Notes: a model not told the origin generated them from the letters alone. DNA of 64,000 bases from Bacteroidota bacterium (GCA_004322215.1 SCSM01000010.1:5001-69000); one strand, 5' to 3'; positions 1-10,057 are shown, counted from the first letter of the stretch. Numbers and translations: made by a program.

Positions 1-1788
1 GTAATAATAGCTTGAATATTGAAAGTTTAATCCGAGAATAAATCCGGCATAATTATAGTCAAAAGAACCTGCTATTAATTCCTGCGGGACGTAAGGTATC
101 AGCATTCCAAAAGTTATCGAATCAGGACTTTTATCAATAGCTTCCTGTAGTGTATAAACTAATTGAAAATTAAATGTCTTATCGAATAAAGAAGATTGTA
201 ATCTTATTTCCAATCCTTTGGTTTGTACTTCACCGTAATTTCTTGCACTCCACTGGATCGGACTATTTGGTACTGAAATAATTTGATTTTTTGTTGATAT
301 TAGAAATGTTTCTATTTCGATAGTTGTATTTGAAATTATCCAGCTACTTAATCCAAGATTAAATGAATGAGAGCGCTCAGGTATTAAGTTGGAAGTGCCG
401 TAATTGAGGTAATACATTTCATTAAAATTCGGAGGTCGGAAGTTATAAGCATAATTGAACCTGAATTTTAATGGTAATGAACCTGCATTAAAAATTAATC
501 CAACAAGTGGGGATATAGCATTCCCAGCATCAGAAAACACATCGGCTCTCAATCCAAGCTGACAAGTAATATATGATTCATTATAAATTCCGAATGAATT
601 TTCTAAAAGCCCTGAAATTCCGAATGAATTCCTTTTTTTATAGTTGCCAACTCCTGGCTGAAGCATATTTCCGCGAATATCCGAATAACCACCCTCAATA
701 TTAATGTCTGCTAAAAATTTTTGAATTTTATAAGAATATTTTGTTGAAAGCTGAAAATCTCTGTTTATAAAAATTTCGTCTAATCCGGTTGGAGAATACC
801 ATTTGAGAAGTGGGTCATTGTATAGGTAATCATTTACTCTAAAAAGTGAAGTTAAATTTATAATTTGATCATCATTGATAATCAAAGATGATGAACCAAG
901 AATAATTAATTCTTTTTCTTTAAGACGTGCAAAAGCATTTTCGACATTATTCTGAGTAACTGCACCCGGAGTGCCTCTGTCTGAAATTCTTCCGATTCCT
1001 TTAATTGAATAATTCAAATCAGATGGTTTTGAATTAAATGATAATGAAACTGATAAGTTCTCAAAGTCCGCATTTTCTCTATGCAGGATTTTTCTTTCAC
1101 CAAAATCAATTACTTTAAATTTGTAATTACCCTTAGAACTTAAGTATTCGAGAGAACCATCAATATCAATTGCTGATGAAATTATTCTGCTATTAAAAGC
1201 AGAGTGAAAATCATCATACGAACCGTATTTTAAATTTCCTTTAAAAAAACTGATGGAATCACTGCTTCTTGTAATCAGATTTACGATACCTCCAATTGCA
1301 TTAGCACCAAACAAAACGGAATTTCCTCCCCTGATAATCTCAATTTCATTTACCATATCAACAGGTATTATGCTTAAATCGCACATACCGTTTTGAGTTG
1401 AATTAATCCTAACACCGTCAATCATTAAGATGGTTTGTTTGGCTGTTGTTCCTCTTATAGACAGATTTTTAAATCCACCCATTCCACCATAATTTTTTAT
1501 AAATACTCCGGGAATAAATTGAAGGACATCTGAAATTTGCACTGCGCCGATTTTTGTTAACTCTGATTTTGTAATAGTAGAATAAGCTGAAAATTCTGTA
1601 CCGGGACTTTTATTCAAGCGGGATGCAGTAACAACGATTTCAGGGAATTTGGTTTTGACAGAATCTTTCTCATTTTTGTTCTGAGAATATACAATTGCAG
1701 AGAATACTATTATTAAGTATGCAAATACAAAAACCGAACCGCAGTACTTAAAAAAGTAAAAACGATGATTAAAGAAATAATATTTCAT
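1..1788 (-). CDS. TonB-dependent outer-membrane receptor, BtuB-like (C-terminus lies beyond the window start)
   Basis: A minus-strand reading frame starts at ATG 1788 and stays open to position 1, so it has no stop and is absent from the ORF track. My translation begins MKYYFFNHRFYFFKYCGSVFVFAYLIIVFSAIVYSQ (signal-like). Plug-domain motifs follow: PEIVVTASRLNKSPG and NEIEIIRGGNSVLFGANAIGGIVNLIT. The frame ends mid beta-barrel (...FDYNYAGFILGLNFQYSSYYY). A cobalamin riboswitch lies directly upstream. Confidence 0.85.
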   Translation of the reverse strand, partial: MKYYFFNHRFYFFKYCGSVFVFAYLIIVFSAIVYSQNKNEKDSVKTKFPEIVVTASRLNKSPGTEFSAYSTITKSELTKIGAVQISDVLQFIPGVFIKNYGGMGGFKNLSIRGTTAKQTILMIDGVRINSTQNGMCDLSIIPVDMVNEIEIIRGGNSVLFGANAIGGIVNLITRSSDSISFFKGNLKYGSYDDFHSAFNSRIISSAIDIDGSLEYLSSKGNYKFKVIDFGERKILHRENADFENLSVSLSFNSKPSDLNYSIKGIGRISDRGTPGAVTQNNVENAFARLKEKELIILGSSSLIINDDQIINLTSLFRVNDYLYNDPLLKWYSPTGLDEIFINRDFQLSTKYSYKIQKFLADINIEGGYSDIRGNMLQPGVGNYKKRNSFGISGLLENSFGIYNESYITCQLGLRADVFSDAGNAISPLVGLIFNAGSLPLKFRFNYAYNFRPPNFNEMYYLNYGTSNLIPERSHSFNLGLSSWIISNTTIEIETFLISTKNQIISVPNSPIQWSARNYGEVQTKGLEIRLQSSLFDKTFNFQLVYTLQEAIDKSPDSITFGMLIPYVPQELIAGSFDYNYAGFILGLNFQYSSYYY

Positions 1789-1964
1789 TTCACACCTTTA
1801 CAGGAATACCAGATAACATGTGATTATGTAAAAAATATTTTAAATAAATTTGATGAGAAAACAACCGGATTGTAGAGCCATATAATACGATGCCTTAAAT
1901 AAATCGGGTATTTCCTCACAGCATTCGTCAAAGCGCGAATGTCTTATACTAAAAGTATAAACCA

Positions 1965-2140
1965 ATGAGCCATGCAGGCAGGTATTCTGACTTGAGTATC
2001 AACCTTGCTTTTCGCCTTCCCGTCATTTGCAGTGGCTGCTTTCGCATGAAAAGCTTGTACACCCTTACAGCGGCGCTACCGTGCAGGATTTTCACCTGCT
2101 TCCCTATTCACACATCCATTCAGTTAGGAATGTCTGTGAA
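1965..2140 (-). promoter_or_regulatory. Cobalamin (B12) riboswitch
   Basis: The minus strand reads GAATAGGGAAGCAGGTGAAAATCCTGCACGGTAGCGCCGCTGTAAGGG (conserved core, plus-strand 2061-2108). It is followed by GCAGCCACTGCAAATGACGGGAAGGC and a B12-box-like AGTCAGAATACCTGCCTGC (plus-strand 1974-1992). The element sits between a promoter and the TonB receptor ATG. Confidence 0.8.
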
Positions 2141-2153
2141 CCTACAATAAATT

Positions 2154-2185
2154 CAAATCTATTTAATTTTATTTTTAATACCAAA
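2154..2185 (-). promoter_or_regulatory. Bacteroidetes-type promoter (TTTG-N20-TAGATTTG) for the riboswitch/receptor transcript
   Basis: The minus strand reads TTTG (2185-2182), then a 20-nt spacer, then TAGATTTG (2161-2154). This is an exact match to the -33 TTTG / -7 TAnnTTTG consensus. It lies about 15 nt upstream of the riboswitch. Confidence 0.5.
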
Positions 2186-2198
2186 TATGTGGAAAACT

Positions 2199-3089
2199 TT
2201 AATGCAGGAACAGAATTGCAACACCAGCTACACTAATAAAAGCACCAAGAATTGATTTCCAGCTTAGCTTTTCTTTATATATTAAAACTGAGAGAGGAAG
2301 CATAATGATTGGAATAGTTGCCATCAATGTTGATGCAATTCCGATTTTTGTGTAAATAATTGCATAGAAACTGAATGTTATTCCGAGATAAGGACCAATT
2401 ATTGAACCAAGAAGAATAAGTCCGAATGATTTTTTATCACCTGCAAATATTTTGAATGGATTTTTAAAACTGCCTATGATAGCAGTTGCCGGGAATAAAA
2501 TAACTGCTGCAATAGCCAGACGGATGAAAGTAGCAACCAAACCATGAATGTCTCCGTGAACAAAGGCAAGCTTTGCAAATATAATCCCAACACCCTGACC
2601 GGCAGCACCTATAAAAGCAAATACCACCCCTCTCTTGTTTAATTTAAATCTTGAATTTTCATTTTGCTTTTTATCCAATATAACGAGAGCTATTCCGGCA
2701 AGTGTAACTAACATTCCGATGATGGCAAAAACACCCATTCTCTCATTGAGAGCGAAGAATGCAATTATTGCTGCAATCGCAGGATTAATTGACATTATCA
2801 GTAAAGTATGCCGCGGACCGATTAAATCAAATCCCTTAAAAAGAAATGTATCTCCGATAACTAATCCTATGATACTGCTCAATCCGAGGTATAAAACCTG
2901 CATCGGGTCTGCAATAATTTTAATATTAAATATGAAAAATGTGATTAAAAGAAATATTGATGCAAAAAGCAAGCGATATATATTCAGTTGAATTGTCCCG
3001 ATTCTTTGACCGACAGTTGTGAAAATAAATGATGAAAACGACCATAAAACAGCCGTTAATAATGCAAAAAGCTCACCAACATATTCCAT
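2199..3089 (-). CDS. EamA/DMT-family permease (10-TM drug/metabolite transporter)
   Basis: The 296-aa ORF is almost entirely hydrophobic helices. It shows the duplicated EamA pattern (ALLTAVLWSFSSFIF..., GAAGQGVGIIFAKLA...). Confidence 0.8.
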   Translation of the reverse strand: MEYVGELFALLTAVLWSFSSFIFTTVGQRIGTIQLNIYRLLFASIFLLITFFIFNIKIIADPMQVLYLGLSSIIGLVIGDTFLFKGFDLIGPRHTLLIMSINPAIAAIIAFFALNERMGVFAIIGMLVTLAGIALVILDKKQNENSRFKLNKRGVVFAFIGAAGQGVGIIFAKLAFVHGDIHGLVATFIRLAIAAVILFPATAIIGSFKNPFKIFAGDKKSFGLILLGSIIGPYLGITFSFYAIIYTKIGIASTLMATIPIIMLPLSVLIYKEKLSWKSILGAFISVAGVAILFLH

Positions 3090-3216
3090 ACAGATTTAAG
3101 TTAAATTTGGTTTAACAGGTTTTAATTGGAAATTGACAAATTAAATTTGTAAAAATTGTATGGTGTTAATAAATATTAACAAATGAGAAATTTATTCATA
3201 TTAATCAGGGACTATT

Positions 3217-4524
3217 ATGAAAAATTCAATTATAATTTTTATAAGTTTTTTTCTTTTGATTTCAAATCTTCATTCTCAATCCGATTCTCTGAAACATAAT
3301 GACTGGAAGTTCAGCGGACAAGTTCTGATGAGGTCAGAAGTGGACGGAAAGGATTTCGATAATAAGACATATCCTCCTACTTATACCCTTATGAGGACAA
3401 GGGTAAATGTCGAGAAGAATTTATTTGATGATGTTTCTTTTTTCATCCAATTACAGGATTCAAGGGTATGGGGACAGACGGCAAGTCCGACAAAGAACCT
3501 TGCAAACATTGATATGCACCAGGGTTATGTAGATGTGAAAAATATTTTTAATGTCCCATTATCGGTACGGGTCGGAAGGTTTGAAATTGAGTATGGCACA
3601 GGAAGGATACTTGGTCCGAATCCGTGGAATTATGTTGCACGTGCCTGGGATGGCTATAGAATAAGATACGGAAACGAAAAAAAATTCTATATTGATGCCT
3701 TCAGCCTTGCTCATACGGCTCTAACTACTATCCCGATACGTTATCCTTTTTCATCTATGATTGACACAAGCTTTAACATTTATGGTTTATGGTCAACTGT
3801 CAATATCGGGGATGAACAAAAAGTTGAATTGTTAGCCTATTACGAGAATAATAATAAAATAACGGATACAGAGACTAAAGATGCAGAAGGATTTCCTTAT
3901 AAAGATGCTGAATTGTTAACTGCAGGTCTTAATTATGAATATAAATCAGGTAGTATTGATATAGCACTCGAAACTGCTTATCAAACAGGACGTTCATTAT
4001 TCGGTGGAAAAAAGAATAAAGAGGCATCTTCATATTTAGGGTGCCTGAAAATACAGTATACTTTAAATTCATTGACTGCATCTATGAATGCAGAAACTGT
4101 ATCAGGTACTAATCAGACAGAAACCGAAAAGACAAATACTTTCTGGAGACCATGGGGAACAGTACACCAGTTCTATGGTTATATGGATTATTTCACGGGA
4201 GACCTGACTCAATCAACAAATAATCTCGGATTGAGTGATTTGCATATTAAATGTAAATATACTCCTAAAGGAAAACCATTTTCTCTTGATGTTGCATTAT
4301 GGTATTTTATGACAAACCAAAAAAGTGCTACTGATAAATCCACTCTTGGTCAGGAAGTTGATATTGTCGGCAGATATAATTTGCACGAGAACATTTTTGT
4401 TGAGCTTGGAGGGGGTTTATACTTTGCAGGAGAGGCAATGAAAGAAATTTATTATCTTAATACAACCAGAACTGTAAAGGATGTTTCATTCTGGTCTTAT
4501 CTCAGGTTTGATGTGAGATTGTAG
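3217..4524 (+). CDS. Outer-membrane beta-barrel porin, alginate-export (AlgE)-like family
   Basis: The 435-aa ORF has a signal peptide (MKNSIIIFISFFLLISNLHSQ). It shows alternating beta-strand periodicity and a WKFSGQVLMRSEVDG...LMRTRVNVE start typical of alginate_exp-type barrels. It ends in an aromatic-rich ...FWSYLRFDVRL. Confidence 0.55.
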   Translation: MKNSIIIFISFFLLISNLHSQSDSLKHNDWKFSGQVLMRSEVDGKDFDNKTYPPTYTLMRTRVNVEKNLFDDVSFFIQLQDSRVWGQTASPTKNLANIDMHQGYVDVKNIFNVPLSVRVGRFEIEYGTGRILGPNPWNYVARAWDGYRIRYGNEKKFYIDAFSLAHTALTTIPIRYPFSSMIDTSFNIYGLWSTVNIGDEQKVELLAYYENNNKITDTETKDAEGFPYKDAELLTAGLNYEYKSGSIDIALETAYQTGRSLFGGKKNKEASSYLGCLKIQYTLNSLTASMNAETVSGTNQTETEKTNTFWRPWGTVHQFYGYMDYFTGDLTQSTNNLGLSDLHIKCKYTPKGKPFSLDVALWYFMTNQKSATDKSTLGQEVDIVGRYNLHENIFVELGGGLYFAGEAMKEIYYLNTTRTVKDVSFWSYLRFDVRL

Positions 4525-5210
4525 AATTAATAATTAATAATTCACAATTAGACTGTAGACTGTAGGAGGTAGGCAGTTAGGTTATATAAAATAGAAAATT
4601 TTTACCCGATGGAGCGGGATTATATTACAATCCATCTTAAATCAAAAATCGCTAATCGTTATTCTTAAATCATCACTGTCATTACATACTTGATACGGAA
4701 CCCATAGCGTATAATCCAAATCAACATTATTTTTCACGCAGAGTCGCAGAGAATTTTGGTTATATTGAGTTAAAAATGGGCAGTTTTATTCATTTTGAAC
4801 AGTTTGGACAGGATTTTTTTGTTTTCAGTTTTGTACAATGTCATGGTTTGTCGTGTTTTGCCTCACTTTTTTTTAATTTAACATTACTCTTTAGAAATAA
4901 AACTGATTTTTAAGGAATTAGTATATTACGCACAAGGAATTTTTGTCCTGTTTTGTCACATTGTGTCTCATTTTGTCCTATTGATGTCCTATCGGTTGTG
5001 ACATAAGTGACTAAAGTCGTGTGGTGGGGGAACCAAACTCCACTATCTAAAGATAGTGGCTATTCATCCCGGAATTTCAAAGAACAAGCGGGGCAAAGAT
5101 AAGAAGGGAGGGATGATATAAAAATAAAATGGTTTTAAAAGGATTTTAAAATAATTTTTATTTTATACACATACACTGCCCTTCCTCGAGGAATGGAATT
5201 TTATATAATC
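4525..5210. repeat. Mosaic intergenic repeat element, copy A (inverted relative to copy B at 47640-48151)
   Basis: The reverse complement shares ordered blocks with 47671-48125. A 29-nt block is identical (4964-4992 = rc of 47956-47984). A 19-nt block is identical (4856-4874 = rc of 48084-48102). The promoter-like block 5078-5155 contains TATCTTTG (rc of 5094-5101). The element fills the gap between two convergent genes. Confidence 0.7.
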
Positions 5211-6365
5211 TCATCCGAATGGATTGAAAATAAATACAACAATGAATAATAAGCTCAAAGATAAAATTACTCTGAAAGATAACTCTGGCGACCTTGCTTT
5301 GAATCCATTCCAGATGAAAGCGAGCCAGTAATTAACAACACATAACAATAGTGTTACAAGAAAAGTTCCGTAATAATTAAAATTATTTCCAACGAACTGC
5401 TTTAATCCAAGATTCACGACGGAGCCATAGACTACCATGAGATGGAAAATATAAACAAATAACGATTCTTGTCCGCAGACTTTCAGAACATCCCCGATTT
5501 TTCTTTCCTTATAGAATCTCTCGAATAAATATAATAAGGAAAAAGTCATCACTGTGCCTCCCAGACGGAAGAAAGTGTGCTGGGGTGAACCCTGCCACCA
5601 ATCCGGGACACCCATCCAGCCCTCAGTGATATGGCGTGTTGCAAATAATATTGCAGCAACAGAAAAACCAGAGATTGCTACAATAATCGAGAATTTCTTT
5701 TTATCCTCAACACTATAAAATAATGCTGTGAAAGCTGCTCCTGCAAAGAAATAAGCTACCCATGGGAACAAAGGAAATTTCGAAACCGGAGGTCCAACAA
5801 AATATGTACCCAGCCAGGGAGGCATATATGTCATAGCATTAGATGCCCTGACTGATGGGGACAGAAAGATAAATATAATCGCTAATACGATATAAATGTA
5901 TGGAAGGTATTTCATATTCCTGATAGTGAGTAGTAAAATCAAAGAAAGAACCGAAGCTATTATAATAGTATGAAGCACATCACATTGGAACAAACCAACC
6001 AATTCTGCAGGCGAATAACTCAATATTCTCTGCAATGACAAATTAGGAATATGGAGCCAATATCCCATCATAATAACAAATCCCAGTCTCCTGAGATATA
6101 CCCAAAGTGGTTTTCTTAATGACTTATAATCATCCCCTTTTCTCATTGCTGCAAGCCAGAAACCGCATCCTGCACAAAAAATAAATGCAACAGAAACATA
6201 TCCGTTTGAGATATTAAGCCAGGTGTAGAAAAATCCGTGCTTGAGATAATTGAACATATTGGCATCAACAACATGTGTTTCAATCATCCATAAAACTGCA
6301 AGCCCCCGCATTACGTCAATAAATATAAGACGGTGCTTTTTTGGTTGAGCTATTTCTTCTGACAT
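5211..6365 (-). CDS. DUF1624 / heparan-alpha-glucosaminide N-acetyltransferase-like membrane acyltransferase
   Basis: The 384-aa polytopic membrane ORF has the family N-terminal signature RLIFIDVMRGLAVLWMIETHV. Confidence 0.65.
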   Translation of the reverse strand: MSEEIAQPKKHRLIFIDVMRGLAVLWMIETHVVDANMFNYLKHGFFYTWLNISNGYVSVAFIFCAGCGFWLAAMRKGDDYKSLRKPLWVYLRRLGFVIMMGYWLHIPNLSLQRILSYSPAELVGLFQCDVLHTIIIASVLSLILLLTIRNMKYLPYIYIVLAIIFIFLSPSVRASNAMTYMPPWLGTYFVGPPVSKFPLFPWVAYFFAGAAFTALFYSVEDKKKFSIIVAISGFSVAAILFATRHITEGWMGVPDWWQGSPQHTFFRLGGTVMTFSLLYLFERFYKERKIGDVLKVCGQESLFVYIFHLMVVYGSVVNLGLKQFVGNNFNYYGTFLVTLLLCVVNYWLAFIWNGFKARSPELSFRVILSLSLLFIVVFIFNPFG

Positions 6366-6484
6366 AATTGTTAAATTTGTATTTTTGGTTTGAAAAAATG
6401 GAACAACAATTTTTTAAAACGAGCAAATATAAGAGTTTTAAAAATTCTCACAAATTATTATTTGATTTTGCAAAATAAATTTTA

Positions 6485-7276
6485 ATGAAGGAAGAAGAAG
6501 AGAATAAACAGGAAACAAATACAGAACAGGATGAATCCCAGGAAGAAATGGGATTTCTCGGACATTTGCAGGAACTCAGAAAACGAGTGATATTAGCAAT
6601 GGTTGGTATAATAATCGGATGTATAATATCCGGTGTATTCATCAACCAATTAATGGATTGGATTTTACTGAAGCCGGCTACATCAGTCCACATGAATCTG
6701 CAGAATCTCAGACCATTCGGACAGGCATTTTTATATTTTAAAGTAATTTTCGTTGTGGGAATTATTATTGCAATTCCTTTCATACTTTACCAGTTATGGA
6801 AATTTATTGCACCGGGGCTTTATCTCAGGGAAAGAAAATGGGTAAGTAAAATAACTTTTTTCACTTCATTATGCTTTTTTTCCGGTGTAGTTTTCGCTTA
6901 TTTTGTGATGATACCCACAATGTTGAAGTTTGCAGCGAGCTTTGGTTCTTCAGACATAAAGAATATCATTGATATAAATGAGTATTTCAGCTTTTTATCT
7001 TTGATGCTTCTCGCTTCGGGAATTGTCTTTGAAATGCCTATGATTTCTTATGTTTTATCCAGAGTGGGCATACTTTCACCCAGATTCCTCAGAAAATACA
7101 GGAGACATTCCATAGTCGTAATATTAATAATTGCCGCAGTTTTGACACCAACCCCCGACCCAATAAACCAGCTCATATTCGCAATGCCTTTGTTTGTCTT
7201 ATATGAATTAAGCATTTTAATTTCTAAAATTGCAGAAAAGAGATATAGCACTGAACCGAAGAACAAAGAAAAATAA
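6485..7276 (+). CDS. tatC: Twin-arginine translocase subunit TatC
   Basis: The ORF has the LGHLQELRKRVI motif, six TM helices and the FEMPMISYVLSRVGI segment. It carries an unusually acidic ~20-aa N-terminal extension. Confidence 0.9.
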   Translation: MKEEEENKQETNTEQDESQEEMGFLGHLQELRKRVILAMVGIIIGCIISGVFINQLMDWILLKPATSVHMNLQNLRPFGQAFLYFKVIFVVGIIIAIPFILYQLWKFIAPGLYLRERKWVSKITFFTSLCFFSGVVFAYFVMIPTMLKFAASFGSSDIKNIIDINEYFSFLSLMLLASGIVFEMPMISYVLSRVGILSPRFLRKYRRHSIVVILIIAAVLTPTPDPINQLIFAMPLFVLYELSILISKIAEKRYSTEPKNKEK

Positions 7277-7354
7277 ATAATAATTTTTTTATACAATATT
7301 GTATATTGCTTTTTATCAAAATGTACAATTATCCCAAGAAAAAAATAAAATCAG

Positions 7355-8329
7355 ATGTTAATTAAAGAAATAACGAAACCAATCGAGCCGCATTTGAAGG
7401 AATTTAATTCATTTTTTAAGAATTTAATGAAATCGGATGTGTCTCTCTTAAATTTGATTATCAGTTACCTGACAAGGAAGAGAGGTAAACAAATCAGGCC
7501 TGCCCTTGTACTTTTATCAGCACAACTGTGCGGAGAAATCAGCCACAGGACTTATGCCGGTGCCTCGATGGCCGAACTGCTGCATACAGCAACCTTAATC
7601 CACGACGATGTGGTTGACGAATCAAAAGAACGCCGGGGTATGGCTTCTGTGAATGCAATATGGAAAAATAAAATCGCAGTATTAATCGGTGATTATTTGC
7701 TTGCAAAAGGATTACTGACAGCTATAGACAACGGTGAATTTGATTTTCTCAGGGCAACATCCCACGCTGTGCGAAGGATGAGTGAGGGTGAACTATTGCA
7801 AATTCAAAAAAGCAAAGATTACAACATAGATGAATCCACTTATTTCAGGATAATTTCAGATAAAACAGCATCATTAATGGCTGCCTGCTGTGAAATCGGG
7901 TCAATAAGTTCGTCGGACAATCCTGCATATCATAAGAAAATGAGAGAATACGGGGAGTTTCTCGGAATGTCTTTCCAGATTCAGGACGATATTTTGGATT
8001 ATGAAGGTAAAAGCGGAACTATAGGTAAACCTGTTGGTAACGACCTGAAAGAAAAGAAAATCACGCTTCCTCTGATTTATTCTTTTTCAAAAGTTTCAAA
8101 AAAACAATCTAAAGAAATTCTTTCACTAATGAAAAAGAAGAAAATAAAAAAAGATGACATAAAAAAAATAATTTCTTTTGTCAGAGAAAACGGCGGTATT
8201 GAATATGCGTTCGAAAAGGCACAGGAATTCAGCTCTAAAGCTGTTGAAAAACTTAATATTTTCCCTGATTCTCCTGCAAAGACATCACTATCGGTACTTA
8301 CGGATTTTGTTATAAATAGAAATCTGTAA
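7355..8329 (+). CDS. Polyprenyl diphosphate synthase, long-chain (IspB/octaprenyl-type)
   Basis: The FARM motif is LIHDDVVDES and the SARM motif is FQIQDDILDY. The ORF is 324 aa. Confidence 0.85.
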   Translation: MLIKEITKPIEPHLKEFNSFFKNLMKSDVSLLNLIISYLTRKRGKQIRPALVLLSAQLCGEISHRTYAGASMAELLHTATLIHDDVVDESKERRGMASVNAIWKNKIAVLIGDYLLAKGLLTAIDNGEFDFLRATSHAVRRMSEGELLQIQKSKDYNIDESTYFRIISDKTASLMAACCEIGSISSSDNPAYHKKMREYGEFLGMSFQIQDDILDYEGKSGTIGKPVGNDLKEKKITLPLIYSFSKVSKKQSKEILSLMKKKKIKKDDIKKIISFVRENGGIEYAFEKAQEFSSKAVEKLNIFPDSPAKTSLSVLTDFVINRNL

Positions 8330-8443
8330 AACCGGCATTAGCAAATAATTTGAATAAATTATCGTGAATAATGTCTATAATATTAAAATTCAGCTATATG
8401 TTAATTTATATATGAAAATAAATAAAAGAATAAAGGAGTAAAT

Positions 8444-9145
8444 ATGAGAAATACAAATGAAATGATAATGCCTGAAAGCGAAATTGTCAAGGCACAACAG
8501 GACTTCCTCTCAAAAGTATATGCATGGATGGTCGGTGGATTATTAATAACTTCATTAACTGCCTGGTATGTATTCTCATCAGGATTTTGGATGCAGATTG
8601 TTTCAAACACAATACTTTTCTACGGGTTGATTATAGGTGAACTTGCGATTGTATTCGTAATATCTGCAAAAGTACAAAGCATGACAACATTTCTCGCAGG
8701 CAGTTTGTTCATACTCTATTCGGCATTGAACGGATTAACATTATCAGTAATTTTAGCGGTTTATACGGCAGAATCGGTTCAGCAGGTTTTTCTTATATCA
8801 GCAGCTATGTTTGCCGGTCTGAGTGTTTTCGGATTTGTAACAAAAAAGGATCTTTCGGGGCTAGGCAGATTTATGTTTATGGGTTTGATTGGATTGTTGA
8901 TAACAATGTTCATCAATATATTCATTGGAAGTTCAATGCTCGAATTTCTATTCTCGGTTGTAGGGGTTATAGTATTTGCGGGATTAACAGCTTACGACAC
9001 ACAAAAATTAAAAGAGATGTACATGGTGCAATTCGAGGGAGGTGAAATTGCAGCAAAAGCATCAATAATAGGTGCTTTGACTTTATATCTCGACTTCATA
9101 AACTTATTCCTGTTCCTGTTAAGATTATTCGGCGATAGAAGATGA
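8444..9145 (+). CDS. Bax inhibitor-1/YccA family membrane protein
   Basis: The ORF is 233 aa with seven hydrophobic helices. It has the FLSKVYAWMVGGLLIT start and a basic C-terminal tail (LLRLFGDRR). Confidence 0.8.
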   Translation: MRNTNEMIMPESEIVKAQQDFLSKVYAWMVGGLLITSLTAWYVFSSGFWMQIVSNTILFYGLIIGELAIVFVISAKVQSMTTFLAGSLFILYSALNGLTLSVILAVYTAESVQQVFLISAAMFAGLSVFGFVTKKDLSGLGRFMFMGLIGLLITMFINIFIGSSMLEFLFSVVGVIVFAGLTAYDTQKLKEMYMVQFEGGEIAAKASIIGALTLYLDFINLFLFLLRLFGDRR

Positions 9146-9161
9146 ATTATTTTTAAAAAAT

Positions 9162-9203
9162 AAAATCGCTTGGGGTGAATTCTCTGAGCGATTTTTTATT
9201 TTT
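9162..9203 (+). terminator. Rho-independent terminator after the BI-1 gene
   Basis: The stem pairs AAAATCGCT (9162-9170) with AGCGATTTT (9187-9195). A T-rich run follows. Confidence 0.6.
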
Positions 9204-9247
9204 GCAAGATAGATAAACCATATTTGAATTTTTTTATTTTATAGCAG

Positions 9248-10057
9248 ATGAATTACCTCTTTGCTTATGAAGCGGAAATGATGATGAACGATGGTTTCAT
9301 CCGTGAAGGAATAGAATTGTGTAAAAAGGGTTTGAGGGATTACCCTACTTATACGGTGGCTTATTCTGTTTTGGCAAACGGATATATCTTATTGCAGGAC
9401 TATGATTCTGCATTAACAACAATAGAAGCTGCACTCGACAGGTATCCCGAAAACAAATCATTACTATATCTTCGGGGTAAATTAAATGATATATTCAATA
9501 ATTCCAACCAATTTGTGATTGGTGATTCTATCATAAACAACTACGAAATAGAATCAGGTAAAAAAGATGAAAAAATAATATACATTGAACATAAAATATT
9601 GAATGAAGAAGAAGTAGAGAAATTATATAATGAATACAAAACTGAAAATATAATTCTGACAAATGGCAGAATAGAACAATTTGTTCATAGTGATTTCGAT
9701 AGTGAATTATTCGGGCAAATAAATAATTTTGAGAATTTAAGGGATTTAATTGCATCGTTCAAGGAAGAAAAGCATGAAATCGAAAAAGAAACAGAAACCG
9801 AAGAAGAAAGAGACTATTTCTCTTTGGTGGCTGGTAGAATAGGAGACGGGAAATTAATCGTAAAGCAAGAAGTAACAAAACCAACCGATTCGGATGATGA
9901 GCCATATCTTGTTTCAGAAACAATGGCTCAAATTTATGAAATTCAGAAAGCATATACTACAGCGATAAAAGTATATAATAAATTGTGTGAAAAATTTCCT
10001 GAAAAAAAAGAAAAATTCCAAGAAAAAATTTCCGAACTGAAAAACAAATTAAATTAA
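9248..10057 (+). CDS. TPR-like repeat protein, function unknown
   Basis: TPR-like helices occur at both ends (YTVAYSVLANGYILLQDYDSALTTIEAALDRYPEN; AQIYEIQKAYTTAIKVYNKLCEKFPE). The middle is charged. The stop overlaps the tsaB ATG (TAATG). Confidence 0.5.
   Translation: MNYLFAYEAEMMMNDGFIREGIELCKKGLRDYPTYTVAYSVLANGYILLQDYDSALTTIEAALDRYPENKSLLYLRGKLNDIFNNSNQFVIGDSIINNYEIESGKKDEKIIYIEHKILNEEEVEKLYNEYKTENIILTNGRIEQFVHSDFDSELFGQINNFENLRDLIASFKEEKHEIEKETETEEERDYFSLVAGRIGDGKLIVKQEVTKPTDSDDEPYLVSETMAQIYEIQKAYTTAIKVYNKLCEKFPEKKEKFQEKISELKNKLN

Noticed and set aside
1965-2236. Track ORFs 1965-2150 and 2027-2236 (+)
   Set aside because: They overlie the cobalamin riboswitch on the opposite strand. Their translations are low-complexity and have no coding context.
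3102-3149. Two TAAATTTG boxes (3102-3109, 3142-3149) upstream of the porin gene as promoters
   Set aside because: Both match the -7 TAnnTTTG consensus, but neither has a TTTG at the expected 19-21-nt distance. They are plausible promoters but not supported well enough to list as features.
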